Assembly: GCF_964213995.1 (NCBI RefSeq)
Contig: NW_027590882.1
Span: 62,001-126,000 of the forward strand
Reading direction: 5' to 3'
DNA from: Mustelus asterias
Taxonomy: Eukaryota
DNA: 64,000 bases
The notes under the pieces are model-generated. The model was not told the DNA's origin and searched no databases. It saw only the letters and a program-made list of their open reading frames with translations. Of the stretch, positions 26,625-36,778 are shown one piece after another. The position numbers were made by a program, and so were the translations under genes. Every line of letters starts with the position of its first letter. The stretch's first letter is position 1.

Positions 26625-27665
26625 ATGCGGCTCCCCGTTTTCACTCTGATCTGGGTGACATTCATTGTTGATGAGTTTAATACTTTAAAAATGAGTTATT
26701 TTCTGGAGGAATAAAGTTGAAAAGCAGGACATTCATGTTATACAGGTATTGGACAAATGAATTCTTGCGAGTGGTTTTAGTCTTTTGAAAATAGATTCGA
26801 AAAGCACACTGAAAAGGCGATTTCGAGAAATGGTACTCGGATTGGGAGATGAGAGCTATCAGAATGCAAGATTATGATTACTTTCTCGACTGACCAAAGA
26901 AACTAACGCAAACCTGACTGATCTATTTATAATGATAACGAGGATTGGTGTTGGGTGGACGGGGAGAGGATGATTCCACTTGTAGGAGGAATCCAAATAT
27001 ATGTCCCAAAATTCTAATGAAACAAATAGATCAACTGGGAATCGGAGAGAAACATCTTTAGAAAGAGTTGGGTAGAATGTGACTCATATTAACACAATGA
27101 ACACTTGAGGAGAGGAGCAAATACTTATTTAAAGGTAAACTAAACTAAACAGCTGAGGAAGAAAGGGACAACTGCATTGAGAAGAGGCGAGAGGGAGGAA
27201 TCTCCAGGGGACTGTAAACGGGAACATAGATCAGTTGGAGAGAATGTGGTATGATTCAATACATTCAATACATATTTTTATGTTGCACTGTCAGTGAATT
27301 TTCTCCCTTAGTTCAATTGAACTTTTAATCAATGTTTTTCCTTTCTTTAACCGTGTGTTTCAGATCTGAGCGATGGAGATTCTGTTACTCAGCGGGAACC
27401 CTCACTCACACGGACAGAGGGAGAAGATGTCACTTTAAACTGCACCTTTACCGACGATGCTTATTATTTATTTTGGTATCGTCAATACCCAGGAAAACAG
27501 CCTGAGTTTGCAGTCCGGAGAGACAAGAAGGGCGGTTTTGAATTAAAGGCGGATTTCGCTCAGACCCGGATTTCTGATTCAGTCCAGCAGTCAGACAGGT
27601 TGTACCGATTGACTATCTCGGAGCTGCGGCTGTCTGACACTGCGGTCTATTACTGTGCAGAGTCT
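26625..27665 (+). pseudogene. TCR alpha/delta-type V segment (V3): leader exon 26625-26670 and intact V exon 27364-27665; leader donor mutated (G|ATGAGT)
   Basis: Leader MRLPVFTLIWVTFIV, phase 1; V exon (D)LSDGDSVTQREPSLTRTEGEDVTLNCTFTDDAYYLFWYRQYPGKQPEFAVRRDKKGGFELKADFAQTRISDSVQQSDRLYRLTISELRLSDTAVYYCAES with both canonical Cys and the WYRQ Trp. Confidence 0.9.
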
Positions 27666-27704
27666 CACACTGATGAGAACGAGTGAAATCCTCGTACAAA
27701 AACT
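27666..27704 (+). other. 23-RSS of V3
   Basis: CACACTG + 23-nt spacer + ACAAAAACT. Confidence 0.95.
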
Positions 27705-29069
27705 GCTGCAGGTTTCTGAGTCACAGCTGCTGTCTGTCGAGTGCTGTTTCTAACAGCAGGTTATACACTAACACGTCAATACATTCCTGTGAACGCAAAC
27801 CAGGCCACAATTCACACAAACACCATCTAAAATCGTTCACAGAATCCGTCTGATTATTACATTCACTGTGCGAGGGAAGAATTAGCTGTTGGTTATTTGG
27901 AATCACCGGGAAATCGGCACTAATATTGAGAATTCAAAATGCTGCAGGTAGCCTTGAACTAGTTGTACCCTTGTTCTGATGTTTCAAAGAACACTCGGGG
28001 CAAAGAAACAATACTGTTTGGTTTGATATGTCAGTCAATAGTGTAAACTGATGCCCGCCTGCTGAGGCAAATCCTCATAATCACAACAGCCTGATTAAAC
28101 ATCTCTCAATGTTACAGTAATGAAATAAAAATATCAACTGGGAATCGAAGAGAAACTTCATTGGAAAGAGTTCGGAAGAATGTGACTCATATTAACACAA
28201 TGAACACTTGACACATATTAAAACTAAGAATTCTTTACAGTAAAGGTACAAAAGTTTATTTCAATGCATGCTTAGAATCCAATGAACAATGATTAATATC
28301 TCTATTAATAATCTCTAAGAACAGGTTTGGTGTACTCTAGACACTGGAACATTTGGTAAGAAAATCGACTGAATGCAAAAACCTAATTGAGAAGAGCGTC
28401 AGAAAGTTCCTGAAGGACAACTAGGGATGGACAATAAATAGCGGCCTAGCCCGCGATGCCCACATGCCCGAAAGCCTTTCTTTAAAAGTCTGCTGTAATC
28501 ACCAGAATTGCTTTGGGAAATCGAATCCGCGGGACAAGTCTTTATGCTCAGACAAATATTTTGTTGGGATATGGACCAAACGCGGGCAATTGGGACTTGC
28601 ATAGTGGTTAGAAGAGGGTAGCATGGACAAGTTGGGCAGAAGGGTCTGTTTCCATGCTGTAAACCTCTATGACTCTATGACTACTTCCATATCCGTTATT
28701 TCCCTGAATATCCACAAATCTATCAACTGCCTTCAAGAAATCAAACGACTGTACAATCATTGCTCTCTTTGACACATAGAGTGCATTAAAGCGAATGTAT
28801 GGTTTTTGACTGAGATGATTTTTGAGATATGACTCTGATGAGTTTTATTTCATGTTGTAATAACAGCACCAGAGTCTCCTATTCAGAGTTGCTCGTAAAC
28901 GACAGAAACTACTATAAAGAGGGATTTTACATACACTGACAGACATTCAGCACAAAGAACCTGATCATTCGGTTTAATTGGTTTTAATGAGATGATTTTG
29001 TTTCTATTAACTGTTCACAATCCAGCTCAGAGATCGGATTCAGTGAGAGGAGGTGAGAATGACTTTGCT

Positions 29070-29546
29070 GGTTTTTGTACGGACTAACTGCGACTCTGTA
29101 ACTGCGGTTCAGCGCACACTGTTACAGATACACGGCAGAGACAGAGGCACGGACCCCGGTGATATTTAATGGAGCTGTTTTCTTGTCTCTGTCCAAATTA
29201 GCAGAAAACTGGTCCGAAAAATCAGGAGACTTATCCCCCTTCCCCTGGCCGTAACTTTTCAATAAATATCTCGGAGCTTCTCCTGGATACAGGATGTACC
29301 AGAATAGAGTTTGGTCAACGTACTTATCTTTATAACTGCAGTTCAAAGTTACCGTCTGTACTTCCTGAACCGTTAATTCAGGCGGCTCCTGGGAAACTGA
29401 AGTTTGGCCATTGGTTCCTGTAACAACATATAGACTGTGTGAGAAATCTGTGAGTGAATATAACCCATTGAACACACACTGAGGATTTGAGCTCAGACTC
29501 ACGGGGCAGCATGTCCATTATCATCAGTAGAACACGCAGGGAACAT
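29070..29546 (-). pseudogene. TCR alpha/delta-type V pseudogene (V4): leader 29546-29503, 85-nt intron, V exon from 29417, degenerate RSS
   Basis: QTSVSQEPPELTVQEVQTVTLNCSYKDKYVDQTLFWYILYPGEAPRYLL...SAVYL*QCAL, with a stop before the second Cys; leader is 44 nt (out of phase); CGCAGTT-21 nt-ACAAAAACC. Confidence 0.9.
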
Positions 29547-29699
29547 GTGGTTCCTGACTGGACAGGAACAGCGACACTGTTTAAAATATGTTGTTGCTTC
29601 TAGTCTTATATCACGGGGTAAACTCAGATCAGAGGCATCTTCAAACATTGGCAAATTGGGGGGTTTTCTCAGTGTTGCAATTGGCTGGTCCCCTTGAGA

Positions 29700-29707
29700 T
29701 GACGTCA
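29700..29707 (-). promoter_or_regulatory. CRE (TGACGTCA) in the V4 promoter
   Basis: About 155 nt upstream of the V4 leader ATG. Confidence 0.6.
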
Positions 29708-30470
29708 GCTATGGACCAAACACTGTTAGTGGTGGACTAAACACAGCTGGCTCCCTCCAAACACATTCCATCCCGGGCTGTGTGTGTTTTTCTCACTCTC
29801 TTTCTCTCTCCATGAAAGGTGAATAACGTTATCAGTTACACTGTCTCTTTCTCGGTTAACCCTCTTTCGTTCGAACTCAATATCCCCCTTTTTATAGATA
29901 GATTATCTTTCTAAATAAAGTTAAAAGTGAAATAAATAATTTACCCTCATTTACTCTGCGGGTATTAATGAGTGCATCCACTGCATGAACATAATAGTAG
30001 TTACTGCTTTATTTATACCGGGGATAAGTAATCACCCAAGTCAACATTGACTTGCGTTTCCACTGGGATTACTCTTATACTGGGAAAGTACTGATTCAAT
30101 CAGTCATTATTTCTGTCCAGAAACTTCAAAATGTGACAAGTCTCAGTGTGCCTTTAATATTGGATCACATTTAACAGGTTCCCCTGACAGATAGGCATCT
30201 GATACAGAAAGATTGGAAGTACTGATTTATTAAGTTATTCACTCGGGACATCTGTGGGTTTTGTGATTGGGATCAGGAAATGATTGGATTTATCCAGGAA
30301 TAATCTGAGCGCCAAATGTCACATTTCCCCAACAGTGACAATCACTGACGTTAGGGAGGGAAAGCCACTCAGCTGGGGCTGCATTGTCAGGTTCATCATC
30401 TGTACATTTTCTCTGAAATTCAATGCAATGTGTTTTGCGGACAAGGAACCATTGATTGAGGACCTGCGCC

Positions 30471-30509
30471 AGTTTTTGTACGAAGCCCGCGGGATCCTCA
30501 TTCAGTGTG
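30471..30509 (-). other. Intact 23-RSS of V5
   Basis: CACACTG + AATGAGGATCCCGCGGGCTTCGT (23 nt) + ACAAAAACT. Confidence 0.95.
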
Positions 30510-30963
30510 GGTCTCAGTGCACAGTAATACAGGGCGTTATCTGTCATCTTCAAATCTTTCATGGACAAGTGAAAAGTGCTTTGTGTCTCGCTGAGATTCC
30601 AGCTGAAATGTTTAAAGCCGGGAGCCGTATCGGTAAATCCATAACTCTCGGCTCTGAGCAGATACTGAGGAGCTCGGTGTGGATACTGGCGATACCAGAA
30701 CAGGACATAGACTGTAGGTAAACCCTATACAGAGTAACTGCAGGGTATTGCTGAATCTTCACCCTCTGCTGCTTCAACTCTTGGTTCTGACTGGGACACA
30801 GTCGCCGTTACTCATCTCTGAAAATAGACAACAGACGCGCAGCGGTTTAGAAGGAGTAACAACAACGGAATAATCGCCTAGAAATGGAAATGGGCAATTA
30901 ATATGGTGATTGGCGGATTTCAGTCAAAGGTTCAAAATGACCGTCCTGTGATCAGGACAATAA

Positions 30964-31185
30964 GAAGTTTCACAACACCAGGTTAAAGTCCAACAGGTTT
31001 ATTTGGTAGCAAAAGCCACACAAGCTTTCGGAGCTCCAAGCCCCTTCTTCAGGTGAGTGAAGGGGCTTGGAGCTCCGATAGCTTGTGTGGCTTTTGCTAC
31101 CAAATAAACCTGTTGGACTTTAAGCTGGTGTTGTTAAACTTCTTATTGTGTTTACCCCAGTCCAACGCCGGCATCTCCACATCAC
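30964..31185. mobile_element. Mini Penelope-terminus insertion (family A): hairpin with arms of about 90 bp and a hammerhead motif
   Basis: Arms about 30957-31047 and 31059-31149; TSD CAGGACAATAA at 30953-30963 and 31186-31196; sequence matches the Penelope end at 61333-61460. Confidence 0.85.
31019..31055 (-). ncRNA. Minimal type I hammerhead ribozyme motif
   Basis: CAC-CUGAAGA-A-GGGGC(UUGGA)GCUCC-GAAA-GC-UU-GUG: both core boxes, 5-bp stem II, palindromic AGCU in place of stem III, CAC/GUG stem I. Confidence 0.7.
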
Positions 31186-31499
31186 CAGGACAATAACCAG
31201 AGACAGACAGACTTTCACCTCCATAGTTCCAGTCTGAACACCAGAAACAGAGGCAGTGATCACTGTCTGCATAAGACCTGGAAATGGAGAAGTTGAAACA
31301 GTCAGTGGAATGGTATGAGGCCGAAAGTCACTTCGTCTCTCCGCCCATTTTTACATCTTCAAACAGACGCTTCCTCTCGAAGGGAATCGTGATTTTTCAT
31401 AAGTGATCAGAGAGCGCCCTCCCGTGGACAGCAAAGCCGCATATTGGAAACAGATACACACACGGTCACCTGTAAAGGCTGATAGATAGATATCTAGAT

Positions 31500-31735
31500 A
31501 ATAGAATCATAGAATCATAGAATTTGTACAGTACAGAAAAATGCCATTCGGCCCAACGAGTCTGTACCGATCACAAACCTACCCAGGCCCTCTTCCCGTA
31601 ACCTCATACATTAACCCCGCTAATCCCCCTGACACTAGGGTCAGTTTATCATGGCCAATCAAACTAACCTGCACATCTTTGGACTGTTGGAGGAAACTGG
31701 AGCACCCGGAGGAAACCCACGCAGACACGGGGAGA
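31500..31735 (-). mobile_element. HE1-like V-SINE, 5'-truncated
   Basis: V-domain plus (TTCTATGA)n tail. Confidence 0.85.
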
Positions 31736-32357
31736 GCAGATACACACACGGCCACGTGCAAAGACCAACACGTGTCAGGATATATAAACATATAGATAAA
31801 AGCCCAGACACAGACATCAATTCCAATGTCCCTCGTTATAAATCCGGAATTATTCTGTAGATTTCTGACACATTAGTCTGAGTTGCTAACTATGAAAACA
31901 CACGAATAACTCCAACTCCGTGTTCACTAGAAGCCTCGTGAACCGCACAGAATCAACAAAAGCATAGACACAGGGACAAGTAAACACAGTGATCGATTCT
32001 CAAACTGATCGACTCAAACACACACAGACAATCACTGAGGAAGATAAACAAACAGACTAAAACAGCCACTGACACACTCAAGAGAAGTTCACCCATGGAC
32101 AATGTCAAAAGCGTACTAGCTCCAGAGTAACTTTCTGAATTGGAATTCCCTGGGGTCGTGTCAGTGCGGCAATATCGTGTTAGATATTCATTGCGATGGA
32201 ACTACCCATTTTAACAACAGGAACAGCCAGAAATCTATTTCTCATCAATGGTGATCATTAATTGATGACTCAACAGTGGACACTTTTGGAGAATAAGCAA
32301 TAATGGATGTATTTATTTTTACAGCCAGACATATTCTGGATGTGTCCATATCATGTT

Positions 32358-34955
32358 TAAAGTTTATTTATTAATGTCACAGCTGGATTACATTAATACT
32401 GCAATGAAGTTACTGTGAAAATCCCCTAGTCGCCACACTTCGCCACCTGTTCGGGTACATAGAACATAGAACATAGAAAGCCACAGCACAAACAGGCCCT
32501 TCGGCCCACAAGTTGCGCCGATCACATCCCCACCTCTAGGCCTATCTATAGCCCTCAATCCCATTAAATCCCATGTACTCATCCAGAAGTCTCTTAAAAG
32601 ACCCCAACGAGTTTGCCTCCACCACCACCGACGTCAGCCGATTCCACTCACCCACCACCCTCTGAGTGAAAAACTTACCCCTGACATCCCCCCTGTACCT
32701 ACCCCCCAGCACCTTAAACCTGTGTCCTCTCGTAGCAACCATTTCAGCCCTTGGAAATAGCCTCTGAGAGTCCACCCTATCCAGACCCCTCAACATCTTG
32801 TAAACCTCTATCAGGTCACCTCTCATCCTTCGTCTCTCCAGGGAGAAGAGACCAAGCTCCCTCAACCTATCCTCATAAGGCATGCCCCCCAATCCAGGCA
32901 ACATCCTTGTAAATCTCCTCTGCACCCTTTCAATGGCTTCAACATCTTTCCTGTAATGAGGTGACCAGAACTGCGCGCAGTACTCCAAGTGGGGTCTAAC
33001 CAGGGTCCTATAAAGCTGCAGCATTATCTCCCGACTCCTAAACTCAATCCCTCGATTAATGAAGGCTAGTACGCCATACGCCTTCTTGACCGCATCCTCC
33101 ACCTGCGAGGCCGATTTAAGAGTCCTATGGACCCGGACCCCAAGGTCCCTCTGATCCTCTACACTGCTAAGAATGGTACCCTTCATTTTATACTGCTGCT
33201 CCATCCCATTGGATCTGCCAAAATGGATCACCACACACTTATCCGGGTTGAAGTCCATCTGCCACTTCTCCGCCCAGTCCTGCATTCTATCTATGTCTCG
33301 CTGCAACTTCTGACATCCCTCCAAACTATCCACAACACCACCTACCTTGGTGTCGTCAGCAAACTTACCAACCCATCCCTCCACTTCCTCATCCAGGTCA
33401 TTTATGAAAATGACAAACAGCAAGGGTCCCAGAACAGATCCCTGGGGCACTCCACTGGTCACTGACCTCCATGCAGAGAAAGACCCCTCCACAGCCACTC
33501 TCTGTCTTCTGCAGGCAAGCCAGTTCTGGATCCACAAGGCAACAGCCCCTTGGATCCCATGCCCTCTCACTTTCTCAAGAAGTCTTGCATGGGGGACCTT
33601 ATCGAACGCTTTGCTGAAGTCCATATAGACCACATCCACCGCTCTTCCTTCGTCAATGTGCTTGGTCACATTTTCAAAGAACTCAACCAGGCTCGTAAGG
33701 CACGACCTGCCCCTGACAAAGCCGTGCTGACTACTTTTGATCATACTAAACTTCTCTAGATGATCATAAATCCTGTCTCTCAGGATCCTCTCCATCAACT
33801 TACCAACCACTGAGGTTAGACTCACCGGTCGGTAATTTCCCGGGCTGTCCCTGTTCCCTTTCTTGAATATAGGGACCACATCCGCAATCCTCCAATCCTC
33901 CGGAACCTCTCCCGTCTCCATCGACGATGCAAAGATCATCGCCAAAGGCTCCGCAATCTCCTCCCTCGCCTCCCACAGTAACCTGGGGTACATCCCATCC
34001 GGTCCCGGCGACTTACCAACCTTGATGCCATTCAATAGTTCCAACACATCCTCTTTCTTTATGTCCACATGCTCGATCCTTTCTGTCCTCCGCAATCCAG
34101 CAGTACAACCACCCAGATCCCTTTCCACCGTGAATACCGAGGTAAAGTATTCATTAAGCACCTCCGCCATTTCTAACGGTTCCGCACAAACTTTTCCCCC
34201 TTCACCTTTTAAGGGTCCTATGCCTTCACATCTCATCCTTTTACTCTTGACATATTTGTAGAAAGCCTTGGGATTCTCCTTAATCTTACCCGCCAAGGTC
34301 TTCTCATGACCCCTTCTCGCTCTCCTAATTTCCTTCTTAAGCTCCTTCCTACATCGCGTATACTCCTCTAAATCCTTAACACCTCCTAGCTCTCTGAACC
34401 TTCTGTACGCCTCTCTTTTCTTATTTACCAGGTTCATCACAACCTTCGTGCACCACGGTTCCCGTACCCTACCAACACCCCCCTGTCTCATCGGAACGTT
34501 GTCATGCAGAGCTCCAGACAAACATTCCTTGAAAATCCTCCACTTTCCTTCGGCACTTTTCCCCAAGAATGCCTCCTTCCAATTTACCCGTCTAATTTCC
34601 TCCCTGATGACACTGTATTTCCCTTTACTCCAGAGAAACACTTTCCTAGCCTGCCTGACCCTATCTCTTTCCAATGCTATCGTGAAGGAGATAGAATTAT
34701 GATCGCTATCCCCAAGATGCTCACCCACCGAGAGATCCTCCACCTGTCCAGATTCGCCACCTGTTCGGGTACACGAAGGGAGAAATTTAGCATGGGAATG
34801 CACCTAACCAGCACGTCTTTCGGACTGTGGGAGGAAACTGGAGCAAATCCACACAGACACAGGAAGGACGTGCAAACTCCACTCAGACCCAAGCCAGGAA
34901 TCGAACCCGAGTCCCTGGCATTGTGAGGCAGCAGTGTGCCACTGTGCTACATTGC
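32358..34955 (-). mobile_element. Alternative-tail V-SINE split by a CR1 insertion (halves 32358-32459 and 34753-34955)
   Basis: The joined halves match 10367-10675. Confidence 0.85.
32460..34752 (-). mobile_element. Very young 5'-truncated CR1 (family B) with uninterrupted ORF2 3' part and 21-bp TSD
   Basis: Open RT frame 32542 to about 34750 (GVPQGSVLGP, KFADD); TSD TTCGCCACCTGTTCGGGTACA at 32439-32459 and 34753-34773; (TTCTATG)n tail. Confidence 0.97.
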
Positions 34956-35489
34956 CACCCCGTGTGAGGTCAGTGTAGGTAAGACAGATTCCCCACCCAT
35001 TCTCGAGGTTGCCAGATCGGATGTTTGGGACACAGGAGGACAACACAAGGAGACTGCTTCAGGTATAGGTGATTAATTCTCCTCTGTTATATTCCACACT
35101 CTGGAAAGTTGTGGAGTTAATTAGTTATATTATATATAATTCAGAAATAATGGGGAGATGCTTCATCCGATTAAACTCGTTTTGTAAATTTTGTAAATTT
35201 GTAAATATATGTTTACATTGAAAACTATATTGGGAAGCTATATCCAATATTTCATGCCATTGGGTCAGGGAAACGTTGTTACTTAAAGCAAACTGTACAT
35301 GGATTCCACAGAAACTCCTTCTTCAAATGGGGATTGGACAATGACTTGAAAGGGAGAAAAATCAGCTTCATGGAATGAGAGAAGGAAATTGAAATGAGAA
35401 CAAAGAACAGTGCAGCACAGGAACAGGCCCTTCGGCCCACCAAGCCCGCACCGATACATCAGTTTGGTAGCTCATCATAATATAACTGG

Positions 35490-35810
35490 CAGAGGCATTA
35501 AGGACCCCATGCACTCTGGACATTCTCTCCTTCACCTTCTTCCTTCGGGAAAAAGATACAAAAGTCTGAGGTCACGTACCAACCGACTCAAGAATAGCTT
35601 CTTCCCTGCTGCTGTCAGACTTTTAAATAGATTTACCTTGCATTAAGTTGATCTTTCTCTACACCCTAGCTATGACTGTAACACTGCATTCTGCACACTC
35701 TCATTTCCTTCTCTATGAACGGTTTGTTTTGTCTGTATAGCGCAAGGAACAATACTTTTCACTGTATGTTAATACATGTGACAATAATAAATCAAATCAA
35801 ATCAAAATCA
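35490..35810 (+). mobile_element. Rex1/Babar-type LINE 3' end
   Basis: IKDPMHSGHSLLHLLPSGKRYKSLRSRTNRLKNSFFPAAVRLLN; (AAATC)n tail. Confidence 0.85.
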
Positions 35811-35894
35811 TTCTTGGATTAATATGTCGACAGCAGTCCCAATGAGTGTTGCAACATTTCAAGAGAGTCCCATTGGGTCCTACGGACGCCAGCA

Positions 35895-35970
35895 GTTTCT
35901 GTAGTGTATTCACCTCATTGGTTGCATTCACCTCACACACAAAAGGTCCTTAGTTCAAAACCATGCCGAA
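35895..35970 (+). pseudogene. tRNA-Val pseudogene
   Basis: GTTTCTGTAGTGTA...CCTCACAC...AAAGGTCC..GTTCAAAACC; lies at the homologous position of the duplicated unit that carries the intact tRNA. Confidence 0.7.
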
Positions 35971-36778
35971 TTATTAAAATTTGTTCATTAAGGGTGAGGG
36001 AGGTTTACATGATTGAAATTTGTTGCTGAACATTATCCGAAACTCAATATTAAAGACATGTTATCTTTGCTCTGACCTCGGCCTCAAAATCTTTCAGCAA
36101 AATCAGAGATCTTGTATTTTTATGACGCAATGAGAGGAAATAGATGTTCCTGTTTTGACACCATGGACATATCAGCAACTCATTCAGTCCACAACAGAAT
36201 TTAATGGCTTTGTTGATGCAGACTAACAAAGTGAATCATCACCTGAACCATGTCTAATAGTATTGTGTGCTCAAAAAGGCAGACACAAGTGAAACTGTAA
36301 CTGAACTAGAGGAAATGGCGCACATTGCGCGGAACCATTATTTTAACGTCGTTCTTCAGAGTAAAGAAATAGGGAAAACCACTCAGACAGTTGAGGAAAT
36401 CGAGAATCAGTGCGAATCTACTGGACTTTCCTGCAGCTGAACGGGATTTAGACGCCTGAGTGTTTCGCACACAGAATAAAGGGGGATCAAGTATAACTAA
36501 CAAGTCATTCTTAAATCTATTCCCTTTAAAGATATTTGATTTTGTTTAAAAGCTGATTGTGGTCAATTTCAATGAAGCACCGTGACATGTGTATTACCCA
36601 GTGACTCGATTCCTTTTGTTGGTCAGTCATGTTTGCAATTCAATGTTGCCTATTTCGGAGACATTTCATTCAGAATGAGGAGATGTGTAATGAATAAAAA
36701 TGTATTAATATTAAACATTGAACAGCGAATAAATATTGGGTAGAACTGGTTGAAATTATTCGAAGGAAGATGAGAATG

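Larger units (their letters stand above)
30510..31272 (-). pseudogene. TCR alpha/delta-type V pseudogene (V5): V exon 30817-30510, decayed leader about 31272-31219
   Basis: VSQSEPRVEAAEGEDSAIPCSYSV*GLPTVYVLFWYRQYPHRAPQYLLR...LSMKDLKMTDNALYYCALRP; TAG at 30725-30727 and a frameshift near 30800. Confidence 0.92.

Noticed and set aside
33127-34926. Antisense ORFs over CR1 coding sequence (likewise over the Tx1 element at 52.7-57.6 kb)
   Set aside because: Shadow frames of LINE ORFs.
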